NCBI GenBank assembly: GCA_035289305.1
Contig: DATDXN010000026.1
Span: 8,731 to 72,730 of the forward strand
Direction: 5' to 3'
Length of the DNA stretch: 64,000 nt
DNA from: Patescibacteria group bacterium
GTDB taxonomy: Bacteria; Patescibacteriota; Microgenomatia; UBA1406; HO2-37-13b
Below are positions 35,824 through 45,727 of this stretch, one piece after another. The translations under genes were made by a program, and so were the position numbers. The first letter of the stretch is position 1, and each line of letters opens with the position of its first letter. The notes below the pieces were generated by a model that had not been told where the DNA came from, searched no databases, and saw nothing but the letters and a program-made list of their open reading frames with translations.

Positions 35824-37256
35824 AATTTATCTTCTTCAAGATATTCAGCATCTTCGTTGATATTCCAAACAAGATATTTTCTATAGCCTACTAGATAATT
35901 ACGCGCCGCTAGCAAACCGCTGTAGATAGCATGATCCATATTGTTGTATCTATACATGCCACCTCTACCTATAAGTTGAAGGTTGGTAAATTGTTCGGCG
36001 TAATTCTTGAGGATATCAAAATACGGTTTATGACCCAAATAGTAAGTCGGGTAAGCTTCAGTCTCACGAATTACAAATCCATCAAGCAGATCTTCTGGTT
36101 CCGTAAGCTTAAGATGGAACATTTCGCCCGTAGCAAAGCTTATGAGATCCTGATCATTCATTCGCCAAATATCATCCTCTTGAAAAGCAAAATATTCAAC
36201 CGAAATCGCTGAATATCGGGGATTTTTTACCATCTCCTTGGAAAAATTATTATAATTGGTGATTCTGGCCATTTTAACTTCAGGAGAATGAACATATATC
36301 CAATGATCGGGAAAGAGAGGCGCCCTTTTGATAATGAGATTAACAGTGATATGATCTCTATAGCTTAACTTCTTGGCCGCTTCAATCACGATTTTGTCAG
36401 GAGCCGGATCAAGAGACAAAATAAATTGCGTAAGAGGCATGCTGGAAAATAAATAATCTACCGGCAAATCAAGTCTTTGTCCTTTTTGATTATACTCAAC
36501 AGAGGTAATTTGAGAACGGGTATGAGTAATTTTTGTTACTTGACTTTGCAGGTTTATTCTCACATTGTGTTTATTAACATAATCAGCCATTTTCTTATAA
36601 CAATACCCCGCACCCTTTTTAGGGTAGTAGAATTTATTAATCAGGCTTTTGGACTTCCTTGTTCTTTCACCAAAAATAGCTGTCTTTATCACCTCAATGA
36701 AATTTAAATTTTTAATCCGCTGGGCGGCCCACTCTGATCCAATTTTACTGCAGGGAATTCCCCAGACTTTTTCTGTGTATGTTTTGAAAAAATGCTGATA
36801 TAATTTTTGACCAAAATGTTTTCTAATCCAATCCTCAAATGTTTTTGGTCGCAAACTGCGCAAAAATAATTTTGCTTTGATAAAACTCACTGCTGTTAAA
36901 AAACTCTCAAATATGCCCAGCTTGAGCACGACATCTTTCAACTGTACGGGATAATAGAAAAGTTTACCCTTGTAAAACATTCTTGTCAGCCGCGTTACTT
37001 CAATTAAATCGCGTTTTAAAAACTTACGCCATATATGCAACACTTCCTGGTTTTTAGTGTAAAAACGATGAGGCCCAACATCAAAACGATAACCTTTATA
37101 TTCATACGTGCGAGCTAATCCGCCCACCACTTTATTTTTATCAAGGATCACAACGGCGTTTGGACTATTTATCTTCTTATGACAGGTTAACTCAAAAGCG
37201 CAGCTTAATCCCGCAGGTCCTGCGCCTATAATAACAATGGCTTCTTTGACTTTCAC
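35820..37256 (-). CDS. FAD-dependent oxidoreductase, UDP-galactopyranose mutase-like
   Basis: N-terminal dinucleotide fold VIIGAGPAGLSCAFEL. FKTYTEKVWG matches the Glf YTEKQWG block, and C-terminal GRGGMYRYNNMDHAIYSGLLAARN parallels Glf GGRLAEYKYYDMHQVISSAL. At 478 aa it is longer than E. coli Glf. Confidence 0.55.
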   Translation of the reverse strand: MKVKEAIVIIGAGPAGLSCAFELTCHKKINSPNAVVILDKNKVVGGLARTYEYKGYRFDVGPHRFYTKNQEVLHIWRKFLKRDLIEVTRLTRMFYKGKLFYYPVQLKDVVLKLGIFESFLTAVSFIKAKLFLRSLRPKTFEDWIRKHFGQKLYQHFFKTYTEKVWGIPCSKIGSEWAAQRIKNLNFIEVIKTAIFGERTRKSKSLINKFYYPKKGAGYCYKKMADYVNKHNVRINLQSQVTKITHTRSQITSVEYNQKGQRLDLPVDYLFSSMPLTQFILSLDPAPDKIVIEAAKKLSYRDHITVNLIIKRAPLFPDHWIYVHSPEVKMARITNYNNFSKEMVKNPRYSAISVEYFAFQEDDIWRMNDQDLISFATGEMFHLKLTEPEDLLDGFVIRETEAYPTYYLGHKPYFDILKNYAEQFTNLQLIGRGGMYRYNNMDHAIYSGLLAARNYLVGYRKYLVWNINEDAEYLEEDKF

Positions 37257-37260
37257 AGAT

Positions 37261-39252
37261 TTATATCTCTTTCAACTTATAAATATCTAAAACTCCTACT
37301 GTTTCAACAAATTTATAGTAGGGAGAAACAGTTTCGAAAATCGCAAGAGAAGTACTGAAAGGAGTAAAACGTATTTTATCGTCGTTTTTATAGGAATCTT
37401 TTCCATCTATAAAAAGATATTGAGGTTTTTCTTTCATTGTGACTAAGTTATTTTTTACTAGTGTCAATTGATTCTTATAGATGATTTGTTCAAGCATTGG
37501 ATAGGGAATAAAGTGAGTTTTCTCAGCCATGATCAATAACACCACGTCGTATCTTGATAGTAAAAATATTTTATTTGTGTTATTGGTCAATTCTTTAATC
37601 TTAGCAATTGAAACAAGGAGTTCCCTCGCCGTATAGCCTTCAGTTTCACTCCAACTCACCATTATAAAACCACGATTTCCAGAGTATTTTTTTGCCCTGA
37701 TAACCTCCTTGAGCGCGTACAAACGATACTGAAAGCGCTTATATAAATAGAAAGTACTGATAACAACAAGTACAACAATCGATAATATACCAACAAATCG
37801 AAATATTTTCATCCCTATCCATTGGTTTTTTTTCGATACAGCAAGAAGAAAGATAACAAGTACTAATGCAGGAATGCTAACTACGGTCAAATTTGAATTA
37901 TAACTTCGACTCATATAATAGTTCAGCAACAACAATCCATATAAAGAATACCCGACAGTGACATACCATATCCAATCGATTTTCTTGCGAGAATGGAAAA
38001 CTGCATGCAGAATAATAATTAAGGCGATAAAGTAAATTATAATATGTAACCAATACCACCCAATAAAAGGAGTAGGCGCATTGTTGAGACCAGCTTGAGC
38101 AAGACGTACGAAATCAAGAAATAAGCTTAGTCTCGGCCAACTGCCGCTTGCCATTCTTGTATATAATGAAAAAAAAAGACCGATGGCTATAAAAACAATT
38201 AAAAACTGCAGCAAGTTTTGTGCAAAAATTACTCCTCTCTTTATCCAAGAAATTCCTTTAAGAGAAATGCTATAGATAAACAGAAGGAAAACAAAGGAAA
38301 CGACCAAAGACAATCCTGTTTCGATATTATAGAAAAAAGCAATAGAAAGAATGAAAAAAATAAAAATATTTCTTTTTTTCGAGGTTAAAAATTTATTTCT
38401 CAAAATAAGAAGAAAAACTAATCCATCAAAAAAAAACCTCAAGGGGATTCCTCCGGGCCATACATAGTTTTCAGAGTATGGATAGACCGAGTAGTTAAAT
38501 AACATATTAACACCCATGATAATGTACAAACCGATCAAACTGTATATGGTGTTTTTTGTTAATTCTTTCAAGAAAAAAAATAGGATGAAAAAATATATCC
38601 ATGTACCAATCATGAGTAACAAGTAAAAATTCATATATGAGAAAGGGATTCCTACTTTGAATATAAGATACAAAAAAAGTGGGTAAAACAAACCATATTG
38701 ATTGAAAGTATCAACTAAAAGGTGTTTACCGTGGAAAAGATCGTTGATCGTTGCGATTATGAAATTGTGGTGGTAATAATTCACCCAAATACCTGTTTCG
38801 ATAAGATAACCGAAATTAATAAGCACAATCGAGAGCATAGCAACTAATATAAGCAAATAGTATTTTTTAAGAAAAGAGGCTTCTTTTTGTTCGGTCTGAA
38901 GCTGCAATGTGGGTATTCCTTTAGTTTGTGATTTTTTAGATTTTTTACCTATTTTTTCAATTAAAAAAGCAAAAAACAAAGTCGTTGATGGAATAAAAAT
39001 GATAGATAAATTATAAAAAAGTTTAAAGTATTGTTTGGGGTAAAATCCCTGTCGCCGCCATGATACAAATATTGTTTTATCAATGCTATTCATGCTCTTT
39101 TCCAGACCCATTAACTTCAAAACAAAATAAACGCCCAAAAAAATGAAAAGAGCAATTAACGCACCAAAAAATAAAGACGCATAATACATCCGTCCATTTT
39201 GATTACTAAAGCGACGTGCCATAAATACCGTATTATATAATAAAATCCACAT
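37261..39252 (-). CDS. large polytopic membrane protein (family C), unknown function
   Basis: 663 aa, many hydrophobic segments and a soluble ~140-aa C-terminal region. The true start may be internal (ATG 39222 or 39189), since 39252 overlaps the divergent gene's start. Confidence 0.5.
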   Translation of the reverse strand: MWILLYNTVFMARRFSNQNGRMYYASLFFGALIALFIFLGVYFVLKLMGLEKSMNSIDKTIFVSWRRQGFYPKQYFKLFYNLSIIFIPSTTLFFAFLIEKIGKKSKKSQTKGIPTLQLQTEQKEASFLKKYYLLILVAMLSIVLINFGYLIETGIWVNYYHHNFIIATINDLFHGKHLLVDTFNQYGLFYPLFLYLIFKVGIPFSYMNFYLLLMIGTWIYFFILFFFLKELTKNTIYSLIGLYIIMGVNMLFNYSVYPYSENYVWPGGIPLRFFFDGLVFLLILRNKFLTSKKRNIFIFFILSIAFFYNIETGLSLVVSFVFLLFIYSISLKGISWIKRGVIFAQNLLQFLIVFIAIGLFFSLYTRMASGSWPRLSLFLDFVRLAQAGLNNAPTPFIGWYWLHIIIYFIALIIILHAVFHSRKKIDWIWYVTVGYSLYGLLLLNYYMSRSYNSNLTVVSIPALVLVIFLLAVSKKNQWIGMKIFRFVGILSIVVLVVISTFYLYKRFQYRLYALKEVIRAKKYSGNRGFIMVSWSETEGYTARELLVSIAKIKELTNNTNKIFLLSRYDVVLLIMAEKTHFIPYPMLEQIIYKNQLTLVKNNLVTMKEKPQYLFIDGKDSYKNDDKIRFTPFSTSLAIFETVSPYYKFVETVGVLDIYKLKEI

Positions 39253-41506
39253 GCAGAAAAGAATACTCGTTCAGCCAAATCAAGCACTTAACATTAGTTT
39301 CATCTGTCTTATTTACCTGATGGTAAATATTGTTTTCAATCAGGTTTTATGGGAGCAGATTTTTACACAAGAAAACAGTCAAACATTGACAATTCAAGGT
39401 GAATCTTTCATCTATGAATATTTTGCTGAAACAGTACGACAAAATATTTTGTCTGGGAAAAACCCCTTCACTCCAACCACAAACATCTTATATCCATTTG
39501 GCTGGAGTATTACTTTCGATGACGTTGCACCTATTAACGGTATTTTTTTCCTGATGCTTCGACCATTTTTTTCCCTTCATCAATCACTTACGATTATTGT
39601 CGTCGTAAGCGTTTTCCTATCCAATATCAGTATGTATTGGTTATCGAAGATAATGGGAATTCGTACGAGAACGGCCTTTTTGAGCGGATTGATATTCGGT
39701 TTTACACCCTTTATGGGAGTTCGAATCGGCGCCCACCAAACCTATACTGCTTTATATCTTTTTCCCATGACTTTAATCCCCTTCATTTTGATGATAAAAA
39801 ATAACAACCATATCATGAAAATGATACATGCGATTTTTTTGGGAGCGATGCTTGCTCTTTGTTTTTTTACTAATTTATATTATACAGTGATGCTTGCGGT
39901 AATGATCTTTTTGATGACCAGTTATTTCCTGTTTTTTAGACTACCTGCGTTATGGAGGCTTCTATGTAAGAATTTTAAATATTTGTCAATAACAGGAATA
40001 ATCTTTTTTGTGCTAACAATTCCATGGATCCTTAAGGCCTATGAATATTGGCAGTTAACTGAATACACCAAACCAATTAGTCAATACGATGTTATTTTTC
40101 ATTCAGCCGACCTTACGAGTATCTTTGTTCCAAGCCGTCTTAACCCGCTATATAAGCCAATTCTTACTCTGGTGGCAGAAAGTTTTCCAAAATTAGTCAA
40201 CTTGTTTGAAAATTTTATTTACCCCGGGATAATCATTTTGATGTTTTATAGTATTTTCTGTATTTTTTTCAAAAAAATTCCCCGTTTTGTGAGAAAAAAA
40301 GTGTTTCCTTTTTTTACCGTAAGCATAGCTTTTTTACTTTTTACACTGGGGCCGCAACTCCATATCTTTGGTAAAAATGTGGACATTCCGCTTCCTTATA
40401 GCTTTATTACCAAACTGCCCATATTCCAAATGGCACGTGCGCCCGGAAGATTCATCGTACCGTTTGTCTTTCTTGCAACGATCGTGACCGGATATCTTAT
40501 TGATTATGCAATCGAAAAAAAATATAAAAGTAAAAGAACCATATTATTTGCTCTACTGATTGCTGTTTTTTTTCTTGACCAATTCTATACAATCAGCTTA
40601 CCCCCAACTATTCATATTCCACTCCCCACCAAGATCTACCAGTACTTAAAAACAAAAAATCACAAAACACCGATCCTTGAAATTCCTTTTAATATTCGAG
40701 ATGGGCTGAAAAATCTCGGCAGCTTCTACTCACCATGGCTTACCTGGGCGCAGTTACTTCACCAACAACCAACGTTCAGTGTATATGGAGGAAGAATCGA
40801 TAATCAGATTTTTGCTTATTACAAAACAAGCCCACTCTTTGGGCCAATCGGACAACTTATTGACCGTGATGTCAAAAATCTTGATGCAATTGCCTCTCAA
40901 TTTGATATTGCAAAAATGAAAACAGCAATTGATTTTTTGGGCATTGAATATATAATCATCAAAGAAGATGAAAAATATTCTTATATCAGTCTATCATTGG
41001 TCGAAAAACTCGGCTTTGAAAAAATAAAAACCGACCGCATGTATAGTCTGTGGTATCAAAATACTCGCAAAAACATCGGCCCTCAATTTGATTTTGGATC
41101 AGACACTGATGATCTTTTTCTTGCCACCGGATGGGGTCCAAAAGAAGCTCGCGGACGTTGGATAGTAGGGAAAACCGCCACCGTGCTTTTGCATAAAAGA
41201 AATTTGGCAAAATCCCAGTCCATTAGAAAATTAAGCTTTGTCGTACAATCCTATCCTCAAAAACAAAGTTTAAGCCTCTTTATCAATAATAATAAAGTAA
41301 AGAAAATTAATCTTGACAAAAAGCCTCAAACACACACCATTGATATTAGTAAATATTTGTATGATGGATTTAATATCATCATTTTCAAATTTGCAAAAAC
41401 AAAACAACCAACATATTTTAATCCTCGAAGTGCCGACACTCGTGAATTGGCTGCGTTTTTTTCAGATATAACAATAACACCCTTACTTTCTTCCAAACAG
41501 AACTAG
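39251..41506 (+). CDS. family A giant polytopic membrane protein (A4)
   Basis: 751 aa and the closest paralog of A1: ILSGKNPF, YPFGWS, FENFIYPG, LGPQLHIFG, ARAPGRFIVPF, EIPFNIRDGL and the C-terminal GWGPKEARGRW module. Confidence 0.6.
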   Translation: MQKRILVQPNQALNISFICLIYLMVNIVFNQVLWEQIFTQENSQTLTIQGESFIYEYFAETVRQNILSGKNPFTPTTNILYPFGWSITFDDVAPINGIFFLMLRPFFSLHQSLTIIVVVSVFLSNISMYWLSKIMGIRTRTAFLSGLIFGFTPFMGVRIGAHQTYTALYLFPMTLIPFILMIKNNNHIMKMIHAIFLGAMLALCFFTNLYYTVMLAVMIFLMTSYFLFFRLPALWRLLCKNFKYLSITGIIFFVLTIPWILKAYEYWQLTEYTKPISQYDVIFHSADLTSIFVPSRLNPLYKPILTLVAESFPKLVNLFENFIYPGIIILMFYSIFCIFFKKIPRFVRKKVFPFFTVSIAFLLFTLGPQLHIFGKNVDIPLPYSFITKLPIFQMARAPGRFIVPFVFLATIVTGYLIDYAIEKKYKSKRTILFALLIAVFFLDQFYTISLPPTIHIPLPTKIYQYLKTKNHKTPILEIPFNIRDGLKNLGSFYSPWLTWAQLLHQQPTFSVYGGRIDNQIFAYYKTSPLFGPIGQLIDRDVKNLDAIASQFDIAKMKTAIDFLGIEYIIIKEDEKYSYISLSLVEKLGFEKIKTDRMYSLWYQNTRKNIGPQFDFGSDTDDLFLATGWGPKEARGRWIVGKTATVLLHKRNLAKSQSIRKLSFVVQSYPQKQSLSLFINNNKVKKINLDKKPQTHTIDISKYLYDGFNIIIFKFAKTKQPTYFNPRSADTRELAAFFSDITITPLLSSKQN

Positions 41507-42373
41507 ATTACCGGGGTACAATTTGAGTGGAAAGGCATCAAGTTTTAACATTTTGATCATATCAATCAACCGTAGTTTCAACCAGTTTGGAAAAGGAAAA
41601 AGCCTCACCCAATAGCTTATATTGTGAAAATTAAAAGAATTTTCAACGGCAAGGACTTGAAAACCATGTTTTTCAAATAGCTGTCTCATAGTTTTTTTGC
41701 TAAATAAATACGTATGCTCTATATCGATGATTGGGCTTCTATTTTTCAGCAATCGGGCGCTCAATGACTCAACATCGTGATTTAGAAAAAGAACAAGACC
41801 TCCCTTTTTTAATACAAAAAAACACTCTCGAAGAACAGCATTTGGATCAGGCAAATGGTCAAGTGTTTGAAAACAACAAATGACATCAAAGAATTGTCGC
41901 GCGTACAATCCATGACGGAAAATATCAATTTTAATGCGCTTTTTAAGATATGAAGACGCTTTGGAAACTGCCTGCATGCTTGGTTCAACGCCATATACTT
42001 CCTTATATCCTTGGGCGCGGGCTTCTTCAAGAAAAAATCCGTTTCCACAACCAATTTCTAGGATTCTGCTTTTTCTGACGGCAAATTTTTCCAATTTCCG
42101 CAAATAAAAACCATATGTTTTTTGTAAATTGGCTATATGCTCGTCATAATCAAGCACGCTCTTTTTATACAATTTTTCTAGTATAGTATGATCTAAAATT
42201 GGATTTGAGTAAACGACACGACATTTTCGGCATTGCACAATACGGTAATGGAGTCGGTCGGGTAAACGGCGAGCAGAAAAGATCTTTTCATCTATCTGTT
42301 TTATATCAAAATTTGCTTTATATAGAATGCGAAAGTCATCTTTCTGGCAAAGTGCGCATTTTTGTCTAATCAT
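41483..42373 (-). CDS. class I SAM-dependent methyltransferase with N-terminal zinc-ribbon
   Basis: CALCQ...x...CRKC four-Cys ribbon, then motif I ILEIGCGNGFFL. 296 aa. Confidence 0.75.
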   Translation of the reverse strand: MIRQKCALCQKDDFRILYKANFDIKQIDEKIFSARRLPDRLHYRIVQCRKCRVVYSNPILDHTILEKLYKKSVLDYDEHIANLQKTYGFYLRKLEKFAVRKSRILEIGCGNGFFLEEARAQGYKEVYGVEPSMQAVSKASSYLKKRIKIDIFRHGLYARQFFDVICCFQTLDHLPDPNAVLRECFFVLKKGGLVLFLNHDVESLSARLLKNRSPIIDIEHTYLFSKKTMRQLFEKHGFQVLAVENSFNFHNISYWVRLFPFPNWLKLRLIDMIKMLKLDAFPLKLYPGNLVLFGRK

Positions 42374-42409
42374 ATAAGTCTTTTTAGTATAATATAGTCA
42401 CTTTTCTGT

Positions 42410-43198
42410 ATGTATCAAATAGATTTTCGAAAAAAGATTTTACGCATAGCAAAAAGGGCGAACTCAAGGCACTGTCATATCGGTTCATGTCTTTCTTGCA
42501 TTGATATACTTATCCAAACATTTTTGCATGAAATGCGTCAAAACGATAAGTTCATTCTCTCAAAAGGACATGCGTCTCTTGCATTATTTGTTATTCTACA
42601 ACATTTGAAAAAAATCTCGGATAAAGATCTTGAAACATATTTGCAGAATGGCACCTATTTTGGTATCCATACGCCATCTTCTTTCCCAGAGACCATCCCA
42701 CTTCCCACCGGAAGTTTAGGACACGGCTTGTCTTTTGCAGCGGGACTCGCATATGGATATAGATTGAAGAAAAATACTCCAACACAAAACGTATATTGTC
42801 TTTTGTCAGATGGCGAATGCAATGAAGGTGCCGTCTGGGAAGCTTCTCTTTTTGCCAGTAGATATAAATTAGATAATCTGATCGTACTTATTGATAAAAA
42901 TAATATTCAAGCATTTGGAAAAACTGAAGAAGTGCTTGGCGATGCCGCCTCAAAAGAAAAGTGGCGCGCTTTTGGTTTTTCCGTTTTTGAATGTAACGGA
43001 CATAGTCTGAAAGATTTGAAGCAAACATTCAAAAAAATCAAGAGGCTGAAAAAACAGCAGCCTCGCGTTATCATATGCAAAACAAAAAGGGCAAAAGGAA
43101 TTTTGTCAATTGAGGACAAAGTCAAATCTAACTATGTCGCAGTCGACGACAAATTGTTTCATGAGTTAAACGTAGAAAAAGAAACATATGAGAAGTAA
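42410..43198 (+). CDS. transketolase, N-terminal (ThDP pyrophosphate-binding) subunit, copy 1
   Basis: HIGSCLSCIDIL, SKGHASLALF, TGSLGHGLSFAAG, and LSDGECNEGAVWEA (the ThDP GDG-type motif). 262 aa, split-type. Confidence 0.85.
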   Translation: MYQIDFRKKILRIAKRANSRHCHIGSCLSCIDILIQTFLHEMRQNDKFILSKGHASLALFVILQHLKKISDKDLETYLQNGTYFGIHTPSSFPETIPLPTGSLGHGLSFAAGLAYGYRLKKNTPTQNVYCLLSDGECNEGAVWEASLFASRYKLDNLIVLIDKNNIQAFGKTEEVLGDAASKEKWRAFGFSVFECNGHSLKDLKQTFKKIKRLKKQQPRVIICKTKRAKGILSIEDKVKSNYVAVDDKLFHELNVEKETYEK

Positions 43199-44105
43199 AT
43201 ACGCTCACGTTATCGGCAAAATTGCTCAAAAGGATAGACGCGTGGTCTTTTTGACCGGAGATTTAGGGTTCAATGCGTTTGAGCAGCTACGCAACAACCT
43301 TAAAGAAAGATTTATCAATGCCGGGGTTGCAGAACACAATATGATCACTGCTGCTTCAGGATTGGCATATAGTGGGTTTAAACCATGGATATACAGCATT
43401 GCGCCATTTGTCACTATTAAAGTATTGGAAGAAATCCGCAATGATGTCTGCGAAGTTTTATCAAATGTAAAAATCGTGGGTCTGGGGGGAGGATATGACT
43501 ACGGCATTGCAGGACCGACCCATCATGCGCTTGAAGATATCGGCGTCTTACTGACTATTCCCCATATGAGAGTTTATGCTCCTGCCTTCTCTGACGACGT
43601 AGAAACAGTAGTTAAAAAAATGCATCGGATCAATTCTCCCGCTTATCTAAGACTCACTAAAGCTGAAAATCATAATTATTCTATACCTCCTTATGCAGCG
43701 TGCAGACACATGGCCAGCGGAAACAAGATAACAATGGTAGTATTGGGATCAATTGCCCATAAAGTCATGTGTGCATACAATGCACTAAGGAAAAACTATC
43801 AACAGGCAATTGATCTATGGATCATATCAGAATTGCCGCTTTCACTTTCTAAAAAGTTAACTACATCATTGCGTAAAACAAGAAAAATTTGCGTAGTTGA
43901 AGAACATGTTAAAAATGGGGGATTGGGTCAACAGTTAAGTCTATTACTCGTCGAGAATAATATCCCCGTTGATCATTTTGTTCATCTGTACGCACGCGGC
44001 CATCTGTCAAAAAAATACGGTGACCGTAATTTTTATCTGAAGGAAACTGGTCTTGATGAAGAAAACATCAGCAAAACAATAAAAAAACTCTATGGACAGT
44101 CGTGA
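43188..44105 (+). CDS. transketolase, C-terminal (pyrimidine-binding) subunit, copy 1
   Basis: FLTGDLGF, FINAGVAEHNMITAASGLA and GPTHHALEDIGVL. Overlaps the N-subunit gene by 11 nt. Confidence 0.85.
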   Translation: MRSKYAHVIGKIAQKDRRVVFLTGDLGFNAFEQLRNNLKERFINAGVAEHNMITAASGLAYSGFKPWIYSIAPFVTIKVLEEIRNDVCEVLSNVKIVGLGGGYDYGIAGPTHHALEDIGVLLTIPHMRVYAPAFSDDVETVVKKMHRINSPAYLRLTKAENHNYSIPPYAACRHMASGNKITMVVLGSIAHKVMCAYNALRKNYQQAIDLWIISELPLSLSKKLTTSLRKTRKICVVEEHVKNGGLGQQLSLLLVENNIPVDHFVHLYARGHLSKKYGDRNFYLKETGLDEENISKTIKKLYGQS

Positions 44106-45045
44106 TAGTATCAAACGACTAAAAGGACCAATTGGCATTTTTGGAGCAGGTGGATTTATCGGAATTAATCTCCTGCAGGCAATTTTCACGGTAAGATCAG
44201 ATGTTATCGGCTTCTCTCGAAATCCAAAACAATCTTGGCGCATCAATTCATGCAAAATACCTCGATCACATTTTGTGATATGTAATCTGCTGGATAATAA
44301 ATCTATTCAATCTGTTATTAAAAAACATAAACCGCAGACCATTTTCAATCTTGGTGCATACGGCGCTTATCCGAAACAGAAAGATATTGAAAAGATATAC
44401 CAGACAAATTTTCTTTCAACTGTTTATCTCATTGAGGTATTGAAAAATCATGGTTTTTCTGTATATATCCATGCCGGATCTCAATCCGAGTACGGACTCA
44501 ATGCTACAGCTCCACATGAGAGAGATGAACTCATTCCAAACAGCCATTACGCTATATCTAAAACAGCAACCCATTACCTTCTCAAGTATTACGGCAGGGT
44601 TGAAAAACTTCCAGTCGCACATCTGCGCTTGTATTCTGTATATGGTCCGTGGGAAGAACCTGACAGACTCATTCCCGTACTTTTGCAAAAGGCAAAAGAA
44701 AAAAAGCTTCCGCATTTTGTGGATGCAGAAATATCGCGCGATTTCATTTTCGTCGAGGACGTGTTGGAAGCAATGATCGTAGTCGCACGACGACTGAAAC
44801 CATCGTATTTCGGTGATACCTTTAATATCGCATCAGGAAAAAAGACCACTATGAAAGAACTTGCTACACTTTCAAAAAAAATATTTGATATTGATCAAAA
44901 TCCAATTTTCGACACTATGAAACAAAGGAACTGGGATGTAAAAAATTGGTACGGTAGTGCTGCAAAAATGGAGAAAGTCTTCAGTTGGAAGGCAAAAACC
45001 AAATTGAAGGACGGACTTCTCAAAACATATGAAAAAATCAGTTGA
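44092..45045 (+). CDS. NAD(P)-dependent epimerase/dehydratase/reductase (extended SDR)
   Basis: IFGAGGFIGINL (GxxGxxG) and YAISKTATHY (YxxxK). Confidence 0.8.
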   Translation: MDSRDSIKRLKGPIGIFGAGGFIGINLLQAIFTVRSDVIGFSRNPKQSWRINSCKIPRSHFVICNLLDNKSIQSVIKKHKPQTIFNLGAYGAYPKQKDIEKIYQTNFLSTVYLIEVLKNHGFSVYIHAGSQSEYGLNATAPHERDELIPNSHYAISKTATHYLLKYYGRVEKLPVAHLRLYSVYGPWEEPDRLIPVLLQKAKEKKLPHFVDAEISRDFIFVEDVLEAMIVVARRLKPSYFGDTFNIASGKKTTMKELATLSKKIFDIDQNPIFDTMKQRNWDVKNWYGSAAKMEKVFSWKAKTKLKDGLLKTYEKIS

Positions 45046-45727
45046 CTTCTCTATAGTCTTCCCTGTCATGAATCAAGCTGATCATATTGAACGGGTTATT
45101 CGTGCACATCATGGTATTCTCACAAGACACAAGATTTCATTTGAACTCATCGCTATGGTAAACGGATCACGCGACACAAGCTATCAAGTTTGCAAAAAGA
45201 TTGCCAAAAAACTCGCTTCAGTATCGACATATGAATTAAAGGAGTCCGGTTATGGACTCGGGGTACTCCATGGTCTGAAACAGACAACAGGAAAGTATCT
45301 ATGCTATGCAAATTCAGCTCGTGTGCACAGCGATGAATTGCTCCGCTGCATAAAATTCTTTTTGAAAGATCCAAACACTGTTTTATATGCTGCGCGAAAA
45401 AAAAGAGATGTATGGTATCGAAGATTCAGCTCTCTTATTTATAACGGATTTTGTACATTGTTTATGGGTATTTCTTCATCTGATATTAATGGAACTCCAA
45501 AAATATTCAAAAGAAGCATATATAAAAAACTTAATCTTCAATTCACCAATAGTATGATCGATGTTGAATTTTTTGATAAAATAAAACGTTTCGCTATTCC
45601 CGTCAAGGAATTTCCTATTTATAGGAATACTCGCCATGGGGGAGTATCCACATCAAGATTTTCCACTATATTCAGACTAATAAAAGAAGTAATCCACTAT
45701 TGGTATATGACAAGAATACGGCATTAA
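45029..45727 (+). CDS. glycosyltransferase family 2, short soluble form
   Basis: FSIVFPVMNQADHIERV GT-A start. 232 aa with no C-terminal TM helices. Confidence 0.7.
   Translation: MKKSVDFSIVFPVMNQADHIERVIRAHHGILTRHKISFELIAMVNGSRDTSYQVCKKIAKKLASVSTYELKESGYGLGVLHGLKQTTGKYLCYANSARVHSDELLRCIKFFLKDPNTVLYAARKKRDVWYRRFSSLIYNGFCTLFMGISSSDINGTPKIFKRSIYKKLNLQFTNSMIDVEFFDKIKRFAIPVKEFPIYRNTRHGGVSTSRFSTIFRLIKEVIHYWYMTRIRH

Noticed and set aside
44416-44849. 99-aa, 108-aa and 86-aa ORFs overlapping the SDR gene at 44092-45045
   Set aside because: The SDR frame has GxxGxxG and YxxxK, whereas the alternative frames are featureless.
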